Shown: one piece after another, positions 30,395 to 40,409 of the stretch
Layout of the letters: each line of letters begins with the position of its first letter
How positions within the stretch are numbered: position 1 is the first letter of the stretch
Source of the DNA: Comamonadaceae bacterium
GTDB taxonomy: Bacteria; Pseudomonadota; Gammaproteobacteria; Burkholderiales; Burkholderiaceae_C
Reading direction: 5' to 3'
Assembly: GCA_947479935.1 (NCBI GenBank)
Contig: CANKBG010000003.1
Span: 18,848 to 82,847 of the forward strand
Length of the DNA stretch: 64,000 nucleotides
The notes under the pieces: generated by a model
What the model was told of the DNA's origin: nothing
Seen by the model: the letters and a program-made list of their open reading frames with translations, nothing else
Database searches by the model: none
Program-made: the position numbers and the translations under genes

Positions 30395-32953
30395 TTACTT
30401 GATCAATGAAAGGTGCGATTGGCCCAAACAGGGTATCCAGAAGGAAAAACAACATCCAACCACATCGTCAGCATTGTAGAGGTTCTCGGCCGTAATTCTG
30501 CCCTGATGCGACTCCACAATCGTGCGGCACAAGTTAAGACCTATGCCCATGCCTTCTACTTTGGTCGAGAAGAAGGCCTCATAAAGCCTGCCCATGACCT
30601 CGGGTGGGAGGCCCTTTCCAGTGTCGGTGACCGAAAAATGGACGGTGTGATGGGTATCTAGGATTTTGGGCACCACCCTCAGTTCGACATGGCGTTGCCC
30701 TAAGGGACGTTCAGCGTTATCGATGGATTCCGCCGCATTCTTCATTAAATTGACCAAGACTTGCTCAATCAAGATAGGGTCAACGCTCAACTGGGGAAGT
30801 CGGGCCGCAACATAGTGGGACAGGCGGACATTGCGACGGCGTAACTCAATTTCAGCTAATTCCACCGCCTCATTCACCATGGTCAAAACATCGGAGGGGC
30901 TTCGATTGGGCTCGCTGCGTTTGACGAAAGACCGAATACGGTGAATGATTTGACCCGCTCGCTGAGCCTGGTGGGACGTTTTCTCCAAAGCCCAAATCAA
31001 GTCTTTTTCATCAATTTGCTGCCCCTTGATGCGTGACACCATGCCATTGCAGTAGTTCGTGATTGCGGTAAGCGGTTGATTGAGTTCGTGTGCCACGCTG
31101 GAGGCCATTTCGCCCATGGTGATCAGTCGACTGGCATTTTGTGCCCGTTCTGCTTGCAGGGCAGCCAATTCTTCGGCTTGTCTGCGAGCAGTAATGTCGG
31201 TGGCAATGACCAACTGTGCCAAACGGCCATCCGCCCAATTGATGTATCGGGTTCTAATTTCAAGCCATTTGTCTAGGTGTTCAACATAAATTTCAGCACG
31301 TTCGGCGGGTGCCACCGTCAGACTTTCAGTGGGCAGGCCTGCCAGAGCATCGACATCGTCTAATTCGAATTCCGTATTTCGGACGTCTAGCATGCCGGCC
31401 TTTTCAACCAAGCTCAGGTGGCCATTGGTGTCGATGCCAAACCATTGGCGATAGAGTTTGTTGGCAAACAAAAGTTCAGCACTGCCGAGGGGTGCCACGG
31501 ACACAGAGGCATCAAGCGCTTCCAACACAATGGTGAAGCGCTCGTAGGATGCGGCTAACTGTTCTCTAACGCGGTTAGGTTCCGTTATGTCCGTCATAGA
31601 CGTCATCCAACCGGTTTGCTGACCGATGGCATCAATCAGAGGAGAGACGTAAAGTCGCGCGTCAAAAATGCTACCGTTTTTTCGTTTCACTCGCACTTGG
31701 AAGCCGCCTGCGTTGTGTTTTCCGCTCAACTCTTCTTCAAGACGGCTCATTAGAAGCTCTCGGTCTTGATCTGGCCAATAGGGAAAGGGCGCAACAGCAC
31801 CGACGAGTTCATCCTCTTGCCAGCCTGTCATTTGGCAGAACGCCAAATTCACATAGGTGATGCGCCCCTCCATATCGAGCGCGCGCATGCCTGTCAAAAT
31901 GGAGTTTTCCATGGCACGCCTGAAGTTGGTTTCCGCAATCAACTCCTTTTGAGTTTGTTGACGTTTGCGAGTGTGTCGCCAATTGCCAATGAGCATCCAG
32001 GCCGTAAGCAAACTTAATGAACTCACGAGCCAAAACAAGCCGCCACCCACCAAGCCTTGTGAAGTGCGCCAAGCTTGCGCGCGCAATATCAGGCCATTGC
32101 CGACGGGCGAAACAGGGACTTCAAACTCATTGTTTTGCCCAGAAATGCCGGGCATGAAACTCCAAATACTCAAGCGTTTTGCAATGGACTGTCCCGCAAT
32201 AATGTTGCCCTCGCTGTCAAGAAGGGACACTGCATATTTGGCCAAAATTTCGGTAGGTACGCCGTATCGCAATAGACTTTCCACAGCATATTCAGCCATC
32301 ACCACGCCATTGAATCGGCCCTGAGAGTTGGTGAGGGGCGTGTGTAGTTGAAGAACCATGTTGCGCGCGTAGTTTTCTTGACCGACAGACGGGCCAATGA
32401 TGGAAAGGCTGCCATCGTCTTCTTGTGAATAGACGGGTTGCATCAGGTCTCTTGCCAGGCTGTAGCTGTTCTCAGACTCACCCCACTTCAATACTTCGCC
32501 GACGCGCCATTTTTGACTGACCAAGACGCTGGGTGCGGTTTGGCTGGCAACGATTTTTCTTTTATCGTCAACCCAAGCCAATGTTTGAAGTTCTGGATTT
32601 TTCAGCACCATGGACTCAGCACGTCTACTGAACTCTTTGTTGTCGACGTCTTTGTTGGAGATGTCGCGCGCAAGTCGCATGACTTGTTCTTGACGTTCTA
32701 GCAACCTGAGCCGCAGTCTTTGCTGACTGTATTCCACATCACGTTTAACGGCTTCTTGCTCACGGTCCATCTCTTCTACTCGCAAGTACCAAAATGAAAA
32801 AACAATGGCAGTAAAAAACAGCAATACAGAGATGACTGGGGCTAAGCTTGCAAACCGATCCTGCTTGTTTGGATTTTGACGCTTCCACCATCGACGCCAC
32901 CAAGCGATAGGTTTGATGGCCAAAATGGCTTTGTTGACGGTTTGCGACTTCAT
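30395..32953 (-). CDS. fixL: Membrane PAS-domain sensor histidine kinase (FixL-like)
   Basis: Two TM segments, PAS (YVNLAFCQMTGW), H-box AHELNQPL, QVLVNLMKNA, DTGKG, STKVEGMGIGL. Confidence 0.8.
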   Translation of the reverse strand: MKSQTVNKAILAIKPIAWWRRWWKRQNPNKQDRFASLAPVISVLLFFTAIVFSFWYLRVEEMDREQEAVKRDVEYSQQRLRLRLLERQEQVMRLARDISNKDVDNKEFSRRAESMVLKNPELQTLAWVDDKRKIVASQTAPSVLVSQKWRVGEVLKWGESENSYSLARDLMQPVYSQEDDGSLSIIGPSVGQENYARNMVLQLHTPLTNSQGRFNGVVMAEYAVESLLRYGVPTEILAKYAVSLLDSEGNIIAGQSIAKRLSIWSFMPGISGQNNEFEVPVSPVGNGLILRAQAWRTSQGLVGGGLFWLVSSLSLLTAWMLIGNWRHTRKRQQTQKELIAETNFRRAMENSILTGMRALDMEGRITYVNLAFCQMTGWQEDELVGAVAPFPYWPDQDRELLMSRLEEELSGKHNAGGFQVRVKRKNGSIFDARLYVSPLIDAIGQQTGWMTSMTDITEPNRVREQLAASYERFTIVLEALDASVSVAPLGSAELLFANKLYRQWFGIDTNGHLSLVEKAGMLDVRNTEFELDDVDALAGLPTESLTVAPAERAEIYVEHLDKWLEIRTRYINWADGRLAQLVIATDITARRQAEELAALQAERAQNASRLITMGEMASSVAHELNQPLTAITNYCNGMVSRIKGQQIDEKDLIWALEKTSHQAQRAGQIIHRIRSFVKRSEPNRSPSDVLTMVNEAVELAEIELRRRNVRLSHYVAARLPQLSVDPILIEQVLVNLMKNAAESIDNAERPLGQRHVELRVVPKILDTHHTVHFSVTDTGKGLPPEVMGRLYEAFFSTKVEGMGIGLNLCRTIVESHQGRITAENLYNADDVVGCCFSFWIPCLGQSHLSLIK

Positions 32954-33085
32954 CCCTATAAGTTTAGGGTAATCACTGCCTTTTATATTTTGCATTATGA
33001 AATGATAAAGCACCATTTGAAATTAAATAAGCTTTGTGAGAGAATTCAAAAAAAAGATTAACCACGGCCTACAAAGGAGACAAAC

Positions 33086-35782
33086 ATGTCAGCCATTCAG
33101 CCCCATAACGTTCTCGCAGATCTAGACGCCATTGAAACCCGTGAATGGATGGACGCTCTGTCTGCCGTGATTGAAAAAGAGGGAAGCGAGCGCGCTCACT
33201 TTTTGTTGGAGCAACTTTTAGAACACGCCCGCGAGAACAGCATTGATATGCCGTTTTCTGCCAATACAGGTTACGTGAACACCATCGAGCCAGATCAAGA
33301 AGTGCATTGTCCTGGCAACATTGAAATCGAAGAACGACTTCGTTCTTACATGCGATGGAACGCCATGGCCATGGTGGTCAAAGCCAACCGCCACAACCCT
33401 GAAGACGGTGGCGATTTGGGTGGCCACATTGGCTCCTTTGCTTCCTTGGCTCACATGTTTGGCGCTGGATTCAATCACTTTTGGCATGCAGAAAGTGAAA
33501 ATCATGGTGGTGACTGTTTGTACATTCAAGGGCACGTTTCACCAGGTGTTTATGCACGAGCTTATTTAGAAGGACGTTTGACAGAAGAGCAGTTGCTCAA
33601 CTTCCGTCAAGAAGTAGATGGCAAAGGTTTGTCAAGCTATCCACACCCCAAGTTGATGCCTGAGTTTTGGCAGTTTCCCACAGTGTCCATGGGGCTTGGC
33701 CCTTTGATGGCCATTTACCAAGCTCGCTTTTTAAAGTACTTGCAAGCCCGAGGCATTGCCAACACTGAAAATCGCAAAGTATGGGTGTTTTGCGGTGATG
33801 GCGAGATGGACGAAGTGGAATCTTTGGGCGCTATTGGATTGGCCGCTCGTGAGAACCTCGACAATTTGATCTTTGTGGTGAATTGCAACTTGCAGCGTTT
33901 GGATGGTCCCGTTCGCGGCAACGGAAAAATCGTTCAGGAACTTGAAAGTGAGTTCCGAGGCTCTGGCTGGAACGTCATCAAGCTTTTGTGGGGCAGCGAG
34001 TGGGACAAACTCTTAGCGCGAGACAAAGATGGCGCCTTGCGCAAAATCATGATGGACACCTTGGATGGCGACTTCCAAGCTTTCAAAGCCAACGATGGTG
34101 CTTACGTTCGCAAGCACTTCTTCGGTCGCGACCCCCGCACGCTCGAGATGGTTTCCCACATGAGTGACGACGAAATTTGGTCCTTGAAGCGCGGCGGTCA
34201 TGACCCCCAAAAAGTTTACGCGGCTTATCATCAAGCGGTGAACACCAAGGACCAACCCACTGTGCTGCTCATTAAAACAGTCAAAGGTTTTGGCATGGGC
34301 AAAGTGGGCGAAGGGAAGAACAACGTTCACCAAACTAAAAAGCTTTCAGACGAAGACATTCGCTATATGCGCGATCGCTTCAACATTCCTGTGCCAGACA
34401 GTGAATTGGCCAAGGTGCCTTTTTACAAACCGGCAGACGACACCCCCGAAATGCGGTACCTGCACGAGCGCCGCAAAGCCTTGGGCGGTTACTTGCCGCA
34501 CCGTCGTACCAGAGCGGATGAAAGTTTCACCGTCCCTGCAATCGACGTTTTTAAGTCGGTGATGGAACCTACCCCCGAAGGCCGTGAAATTTCCACCACA
34601 CAAGCTTATGTTCGTTTCCTCACGCAACTCTTGCGTGACCAAGCCTTGGGCCCGCGAGTTGTGCCCATCTTGGTTGACGAAGCTCGTACATTTGGTATGG
34701 AAGGCCTGTTTCGCCAAGTTGGCATTTACAACCCAGCAGGTCAGCAATACACACCGGTCGACAAAGACCAAGTGATGTATTACAAAGAAGACAAAGCAGG
34801 TCAAATTTTGCAAGAGGGCATTAACGAAGCTGGCGGTATGTCGAGCTGGATTGCTGCTGCCACCAGTTACTCCACCAGCAATCGCATCATGGTGCCGTTC
34901 TATGTGTACTACTCCATGTTTGGCTTTCAGCGCATTGGCGATTTAGCATGGGCAGCTGGCGATATGCAAGCGCGTGGTTTCTTGTTGGGCGGCACTTCGG
35001 GCCGCACCACATTGAACGGTGAGGGTTTACAACACGAAGATGGCCACAGCCATATTTTGGCAGGCACCATTCCCAACTGCATCAGCTACGACCCAACCTT
35101 TGCGCACGAAGTGGGTGTGATCTTGCACCATGGCTTGAAGCGAATGGTGGAAAAACAAGACAACGTTTACTACTACATCACCTTGTTGAATGAAAACTAC
35201 GCCATGCCTGGTTTAACGCCCGGCACTGAGGCGCAAATTATCAAGGGCATGTATTTGTGCAAGGCCGGTGGTAAGAACAAAACACGTGTGCAACTCATGG
35301 GCTCAGGCACCATTCTGCGAGAGTCTTTGGCAGCGCAAGAGCTGCTCGCCAAAGACTGGGGCGTTGCAGCCGATGTTTGGAGCTGCCCAAGTTTCAACGA
35401 ACTGACACGCGACGGTCAAGACGTTGAGCGCTTCAACATGTTGCACCCCTTGGAAGTGCCACGCGTACCATTTGTAGCTCAGCAATTGGCCAAATACGAT
35501 GGCCCCGTAATTGCATCCACCGACTACATGAAAAATTATGCAGAGCAAATTCGCTCCTTCATTCCAAAAGGCCGCACGTTCAAAGTATTGGGTACGGATG
35601 GTTTTGGACGAAGCGACTTCCGTAGCAAATTGCGGGAGCACTTTGAAATCAATCGCCATTACATCGTTGTGGCCTCACTCAAAGCATTGAGCGAAGAGGG
35701 CGCTGTGCCCGTGGCCAAAGTCGCGGAGGCTTTGAAGCAATACGGCATCAAGACCGACAAGGTCAACCCTTTGTACGCTTGA
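33086..35782 (+). CDS. aceE: Pyruvate dehydrogenase E1 (homodimeric type)
   Basis: GGHIGS, YIQGHVSPG, SSYPHP, GDGEMDE, DEARTFGMEG, EGLQHEDGH. Confidence 0.98.
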   Translation: MSAIQPHNVLADLDAIETREWMDALSAVIEKEGSERAHFLLEQLLEHARENSIDMPFSANTGYVNTIEPDQEVHCPGNIEIEERLRSYMRWNAMAMVVKANRHNPEDGGDLGGHIGSFASLAHMFGAGFNHFWHAESENHGGDCLYIQGHVSPGVYARAYLEGRLTEEQLLNFRQEVDGKGLSSYPHPKLMPEFWQFPTVSMGLGPLMAIYQARFLKYLQARGIANTENRKVWVFCGDGEMDEVESLGAIGLAARENLDNLIFVVNCNLQRLDGPVRGNGKIVQELESEFRGSGWNVIKLLWGSEWDKLLARDKDGALRKIMMDTLDGDFQAFKANDGAYVRKHFFGRDPRTLEMVSHMSDDEIWSLKRGGHDPQKVYAAYHQAVNTKDQPTVLLIKTVKGFGMGKVGEGKNNVHQTKKLSDEDIRYMRDRFNIPVPDSELAKVPFYKPADDTPEMRYLHERRKALGGYLPHRRTRADESFTVPAIDVFKSVMEPTPEGREISTTQAYVRFLTQLLRDQALGPRVVPILVDEARTFGMEGLFRQVGIYNPAGQQYTPVDKDQVMYYKEDKAGQILQEGINEAGGMSSWIAAATSYSTSNRIMVPFYVYYSMFGFQRIGDLAWAAGDMQARGFLLGGTSGRTTLNGEGLQHEDGHSHILAGTIPNCISYDPTFAHEVGVILHHGLKRMVEKQDNVYYYITLLNENYAMPGLTPGTEAQIIKGMYLCKAGGKNKTRVQLMGSGTILRESLAAQELLAKDWGVAADVWSCPSFNELTRDGQDVERFNMLHPLEVPRVPFVAQQLAKYDGPVIASTDYMKNYAEQIRSFIPKGRTFKVLGTDGFGRSDFRSKLREHFEINRHYIVVASLKALSEEGAVPVAKVAEALKQYGIKTDKVNPLYA

Positions 35783-35803
35783 CCACAAGAATTGGAGACA
35801 CAC

Positions 35804-37144
35804 ATGGCATTGGTAGAAGTCAAAGTTCCAGACATCGGTGATTTCGATGAAGTGACAGTGATCGAATTGATGGTCAAGGTGGGTGACACCATCAAGGCTG
35901 AGCAATCATTGATTACCGTCGAGTCTGACAAAGCATCGATGGAAATTCCATCCTCAACATCCGGCGTGGTGAAAGAACTGCGCGTGAATTTGGGTGACAA
36001 AGTTAAACAAGGTTCGGTGGTTTTGGTGTTGGAAGCAATTGGTGCCGTAGCGGCAGCCGTGACGACGCCCGCTGCGGTCCCTGTCGTTGCTGCCCCCATA
36101 GTCGCTGCGCCGCCTGTTGCTGAACCAGCGGCTGCAGTTCCCGCGGTTGTTGCGCCTGTGGTAGCTTCAGGCAGTGCGCCTGCGCCCGCACACAACCCCG
36201 GCGAATCCACACTGGGCTTGCCTCACGCATCACCTTCAGTGCGCAAATTTGCGCGGGAATTGGGTGTGCCTTTGGAAGAAGTCAAAGGCAATGGCCCCAA
36301 AGGTCGAATTTCACAAGACGACGTTCAAGCGTTTACCAAAGCCGTGATGTCGGGTGCGGCCCAAACCAAAGCACAGTCTGCCAAAGCACCTTCAGGTGGG
36401 GATGGTGCTGCGCTGGGCTTGATCCCATGGCCCAAGCTTGATTTCGCCAAGTTTGGTCCCATTGAGCGCAAAGAAATGGGCCGTATCAAAAAGATCAGTG
36501 GCGCCAATTTATTGCGCAACGCCATCATGATTCCGGCTGTCACCAACCATGACGACGCCGACATTACGGAGTTAGAAGCTTTCCGTGTGTCGACCAACAA
36601 AGAGAATGAAAAGTCTGGCGTGAAGGTCACCATGCTGGCTTTCTTGATCAAGGCTTGCGTGGCTGCATTGAAGAAATACCCAGAGTTCAACAGTTCTTTG
36701 GATGGCGATGCCATCGTCTATAAAAACTATTGGCACATCGGTTTTGCCGCCGATACGCCTAACGGTTTGATGGTGCCTGTGATCAAAGACGCAGACAAAA
36801 AAGGCATTTTACAAATCAGCCAGGAAATGGGCGAGTTGGCTAAGAAGGCCCGTGAGGGCAAGTTAGGACCTGCCGAAATGACGGGGGCCAGCTTCACCAT
36901 CTCTAGTTTGGGCGGCATTGGTGGCAAGTATTTCACGCCCATCATTAACGCGCCAGAAGTGGCCATCTTGGGTGTTTGCAAGAGCACGCATGAACCTGTT
37001 TGGGATGGCAAACAATTTGTGCCACGTTTGATGCTGCCTTTGTCCTTGACATGGGACCACCGTGTGATCGACGGTGCCGCTGCCGCACGCTTTAATGCGT
37101 ACTTGGGTCAAATCCTTGGCGATTTTCGCCGTGTGTTGCTTTGA
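35804..37144 (+). CDS. aceF: Pyruvate dehydrogenase E2, single lipoyl domain
   Basis: [10 protein letters not shown] lipoyl site, HASPSVRKFAREL, DHRVIDG. Confidence 0.97.
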   Translation: MALVEVKVPDIGDFDEVTVIELMVKVGDTIKAEQSLITVESDKASMEIPSSTSGVVKELRVNLGDKVKQGSVVLVLEAIGAVAAAVTTPAAVPVVAAPIVAAPPVAEPAAAVPAVVAPVVASGSAPAPAHNPGESTLGLPHASPSVRKFARELGVPLEEVKGNGPKGRISQDDVQAFTKAVMSGAAQTKAQSAKAPSGGDGAALGLIPWPKLDFAKFGPIERKEMGRIKKISGANLLRNAIMIPAVTNHDDADITELEAFRVSTNKENEKSGVKVTMLAFLIKACVAALKKYPEFNSSLDGDAIVYKNYWHIGFAADTPNGLMVPVIKDADKKGILQISQEMGELAKKAREGKLGPAEMTGASFTISSLGGIGGKYFTPIINAPEVAILGVCKSTHEPVWDGKQFVPRLMLPLSLTWDHRVIDGAAAARFNAYLGQILGDFRRVLL

Positions 37145-37155
37145 AAGGCTGAACC

Positions 37156-39006
37156 ATGGCATTGATTGATATCAAAGTACCTGACATTGGTGACTTCGAC
37201 GAAGTGGCAGTCATTGAGCTGCTGGTAAAGCCTGGCGACCTTGTGAAGGCTGAGCAAAGTTTGATCACCGTAGAGTCTGACAAAGCCTCCATGGAAATTC
37301 CTTGCTCACAAGCTGGTGTGGTGAAAGAGCTCAAAGTTAAATTGGGCGACAAAGTGAAGCAAGGCTCTGTGGTTTTGGTGTTGGAAGGCGAAACCACTTC
37401 AGACGCTGCACCGGCTGTATCGTCTGTACCTCAAATTACGGCACCTGTTGCAGCGACCTTTACAACCCCTGCTGCTAAGCCTGCGGTAGTCAACATTCCA
37501 AACGCAGCTTCTTTCAGTGGCACAGTTGACATCGATTGTGATTTGCTGGTGTTGGGGGCTGGCCCTGGCGGCTACTCGGCCGCTTTTCGTGCCGCAGATC
37601 TGGGTCTCAAGGTCGTGATCGTTGAGCGATATGCCACCTTGGGGGGTGTTTGCTTGAATGTGGGTTGTATTCCTTCCAAAGCCTTGTTGCATGTGGCGGC
37701 GGTGATGGACGAAGTGAGTCACATGGCCGATCTGGGTGTGGACTTTGGTAAGCCCACAGTGAACATTGAAAAATTGCGCACGCACAAAGAAAAAGTGATT
37801 GGCAAACTCACGGGTGGTTTGGCGGCCATGGCCAAAATGCGCAAGGTCACCACGGTGCGCGGTGTGGGTGAATTTCTCAGCGCCAACCATGTGGTGGTGG
37901 AAGAAACCACGGGCACACGCCAAGAAAAAACGGGTGAGAAGAAAGTCGTGGCTTTCAAGAATTGCATCATTGCAGCGGGTAGCCAAGCTGTGCGGTTGCC
38001 CTTCATGCCCAACGACCCTCGCGTGGTTGACAGCACCGGTGCCTTGGCTTTGAAAGAAGTGCCCAAGCGCATGCTTATTTTGGGCGGCGGCATCATCGGA
38101 TTAGAGATGGGCACTGTATACAGCACGCTGGGCTCTCGTCTGGACGTGGTTGAGATGATGGACGGACTGATGCAAGGCGCTGACCGTGATTTGGTCAAGG
38201 TCTGGCAAAAAATGAACGCCCATCGTTTTGACAACATCATGCTCAAAACCAAAACTGTTGGGGCTAAAGCCACCAAGGACGGCATAGAGGTCAGCTTTGA
38301 ATCTGCACAGGAGGGTGTTGCGGCGCCTGCACCGCAAGTCTATGACATGGTGTTACAAGCTGTGGGCCGCACGCCAAACGGCAAAAAGATTGCAGCCGAC
38401 AAAGCAGGGGTGAGCGTGACTGATCGTGGGTTCATTCCTGTTGACATTCAAATGCGCACCAATGTCCCTCATATCTTTGCCATTGGAGACATTGTGGGCC
38501 AGCCCATGTTGGCGCACAAAGCAGTGCACGAAGCCCATGTTGCGGCTGAAGTGATTGCGGGTGAAATTCAAGGCAACAAAGAATTGGCCGCCAGTGCTTT
38601 CAATGCACGCGTGATTCCAAGCGTGGCCTACACCGACCCCGAAGTGGCTTGGGTAGGTCTCACAGAAGATCAAGCCAAGGCGCAAGGCATCAAGGTGAAG
38701 AAGGGCTTGTTCCCATGGACTGCTTCTGGCCGAGCCATTGCCAATGGTCGTGATGAAGGCGTCACCAAGTTGCTGTTCGATGATTCACCCGAAGCGCATG
38801 GCCACGGCAAGATCTTGGGCGGTGGCATGGTGGGTACGCATGCCGGAGACATGATTGGTGAAGTGGCCTTGGCCATTGAAATGGGGGCAGACGCCATTGA
38901 CATTGGCAAAACAATTCACCCACATCCCACCTTGGGTGAGAGCATTGGCATGGCTGCGGAAGTGGCACACGGTAGTTGCACTGACTTGCCGCCTTCTAAG
39001 AAATAA
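37156..39006 (+). CDS. lpdA: Dihydrolipoamide dehydrogenase with N-terminal lipoyl domain
   Basis: [29 protein letters not shown]. Confidence 0.97.
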   Translation: MALIDIKVPDIGDFDEVAVIELLVKPGDLVKAEQSLITVESDKASMEIPCSQAGVVKELKVKLGDKVKQGSVVLVLEGETTSDAAPAVSSVPQITAPVAATFTTPAAKPAVVNIPNAASFSGTVDIDCDLLVLGAGPGGYSAAFRAADLGLKVVIVERYATLGGVCLNVGCIPSKALLHVAAVMDEVSHMADLGVDFGKPTVNIEKLRTHKEKVIGKLTGGLAAMAKMRKVTTVRGVGEFLSANHVVVEETTGTRQEKTGEKKVVAFKNCIIAAGSQAVRLPFMPNDPRVVDSTGALALKEVPKRMLILGGGIIGLEMGTVYSTLGSRLDVVEMMDGLMQGADRDLVKVWQKMNAHRFDNIMLKTKTVGAKATKDGIEVSFESAQEGVAAPAPQVYDMVLQAVGRTPNGKKIAADKAGVSVTDRGFIPVDIQMRTNVPHIFAIGDIVGQPMLAHKAVHEAHVAAEVIAGEIQGNKELAASAFNARVIPSVAYTDPEVAWVGLTEDQAKAQGIKVKKGLFPWTASGRAIANGRDEGVTKLLFDDSPEAHGHGKILGGGMVGTHAGDMIGEVALAIEMGADAIDIGKTIHPHPTLGESIGMAAEVAHGSCTDLPPSKK

Positions 39007-39020
39007 AAAGCAACACACAA

Positions 39021-39042
39021 AAAACCGCCTCAGGGCGGTTTT
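39021..39042. terminator. Bidirectional terminator hairpin after lpdA
   Basis: AAAACCGCC-TCAG-GGCGGTTTT between convergent genes. Confidence 0.75.
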
Positions 39043-39061
39043 GACATTGCATAACCAGATA

Positions 39062-39652
39062 TTAATTTTGCACAGGCTCTGAATGCAGCTTTTCAGATTG
39101 AACTCTGCGTGCGCCATTGAATCTTTTTTGCCAATAGGCCTCGCGCATGTCATCCACCCGCACATCTTTCCCCGGTCTGGGTGCGTGGATGAATTTGCCG
39201 TCACCGATATAAATACCCACATGGCTGAAGGTTCGCTTCATGGTGTTGAAAAATACCAAGTCACCAGGTTTAAGTTCACTTCGATTGATTTCTTCAGTGA
39301 CCTTGGCTTGTTCCTCAGCTCTTCTAGGTAAGACCAAACCCACTGACTTTTCATACATATAGCGGACAAAACCGCTGCAATCAAAGCCTTTTTCTTCAGA
39401 CGTGCCTCCCCGTTTGTAGGGCACCCCCAAAAGTCCCATGGCTTGAATGACCAGTTCAGAGGCTTTTCCGCCAAAGGTGTTGCGAGCCGATTGAAGGGGC
39501 CCACTGAGCTGATTGCTAATTTGCTGAGTAAGTTGATCGGTCATTTGAGTGACCAAACCACGCTCCTTGATCAAGCGTTCAAGGTCGTCCTCAACGGGCG
39601 CCGCCAAGGCAGCCGTTGAAAGAAATACCAGTCCACATAGAATCAAGCGCAT
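39062..39652 (-). CDS. NlpC/P60 (C40) cell-wall peptidase
   Basis: Signal peptide; GVPYKRGG, FDCSG, HVGIYIG, FIHAP. Confidence 0.93.
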   Translation of the reverse strand: MRLILCGLVFLSTAALAAPVEDDLERLIKERGLVTQMTDQLTQQISNQLSGPLQSARNTFGGKASELVIQAMGLLGVPYKRGGTSEEKGFDCSGFVRYMYEKSVGLVLPRRAEEQAKVTEEINRSELKPGDLVFFNTMKRTFSHVGIYIGDGKFIHAPRPGKDVRVDDMREAYWQKRFNGARRVQSEKLHSEPVQN

Positions 39653-39746
39653 AAATGTCAGTTTAATGCCATCTCTTGATTAGCGGCAGCCCCAAATGGC
39701 ACATGTTTCCCCGAGAATCAGGCTGATTGAGTCACAAGGTTTGAAT

Positions 39747-40358
39747 ATGTTGCTTGAAGTTGAGTCCTCCCAATTGGTTCTGGTCGATTACCAGCAAAAA
39801 TTAATGCCTGCCATGAAGGATGCGCAAGCTGTTTGGCAACGGGCTGAGGTATTGGCCCGAACCGCCAAATTGCTGAATGTGCCGGTGTGGGCCACCGAAC
39901 ATAACCCCTCGGATTTGGGCGAAACCGCCCCTGAGATTCGTCAGCATTGTCAGCGTGTGTTGGCCAAAATGGCATTCAGTGCCGTGGAGGAGGGCTTGGG
40001 AGAATGGTTAAGTCCGCCGGTGCCCGCCGCTCCTAAGGGCAATGCTCGCAGCTTGCCAAGGCACTTGCAAAAACCGGTAGAACCCGAAGCCGGTCCTTCT
40101 GTGGTCATTGCAGGCTGTGAGGCCCATGTGTGCTTGTTGCAAACGGCCTTGGATTTGCTCGAAGACGAATTTGAAGTCTGGGTGGTGACGGATGCTTGCG
40201 CTTCCCGTACCGACCGTGATCGGGACGCAGCATTTGATCGCTTGGCTGGGGCTGGGGCAGAACTCTTGACCACCGAAATGGTGCTGTTTGAATGGCTTCG
40301 CTCAGCAGAAAACCCCGATTTCAAGCAGGTTCAGACTTGGATCAAAGGCTTGGTTTAA
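39747..40358 (+). CDS. Isochorismatase-family cysteine hydrolase
   Basis: VDYQQKL, KMAFS, GCEAHVCLLQT, TTEM catalytic-triad pattern. Confidence 0.88.
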   Translation: MLLEVESSQLVLVDYQQKLMPAMKDAQAVWQRAEVLARTAKLLNVPVWATEHNPSDLGETAPEIRQHCQRVLAKMAFSAVEEGLGEWLSPPVPAAPKGNARSLPRHLQKPVEPEAGPSVVIAGCEAHVCLLQTALDLLEDEFEVWVVTDACASRTDRDRDAAFDRLAGAGAELLTTEMVLFEWLRSAENPDFKQVQTWIKGLV

Positions 40359-40409
40359 TTTGCTTTTTTGACTTTGCAAGGGCCCCAAAGTCAGTTTTTA
40401 GGAGACACC

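Noticed and set aside
35804-37390. Similar DNA at the starts of aceF and lpdA as a repeat or mobile element
   Set aside because: Explained by homologous lipoyl domains with many synonymous differences.
40369-40399. TGACTTTG-N9-CAAAGTCA followed by GTTTTT before prpE
   Set aside because: Could be a weak terminator or an operator, but a single weak instance cannot be assigned from sequence.
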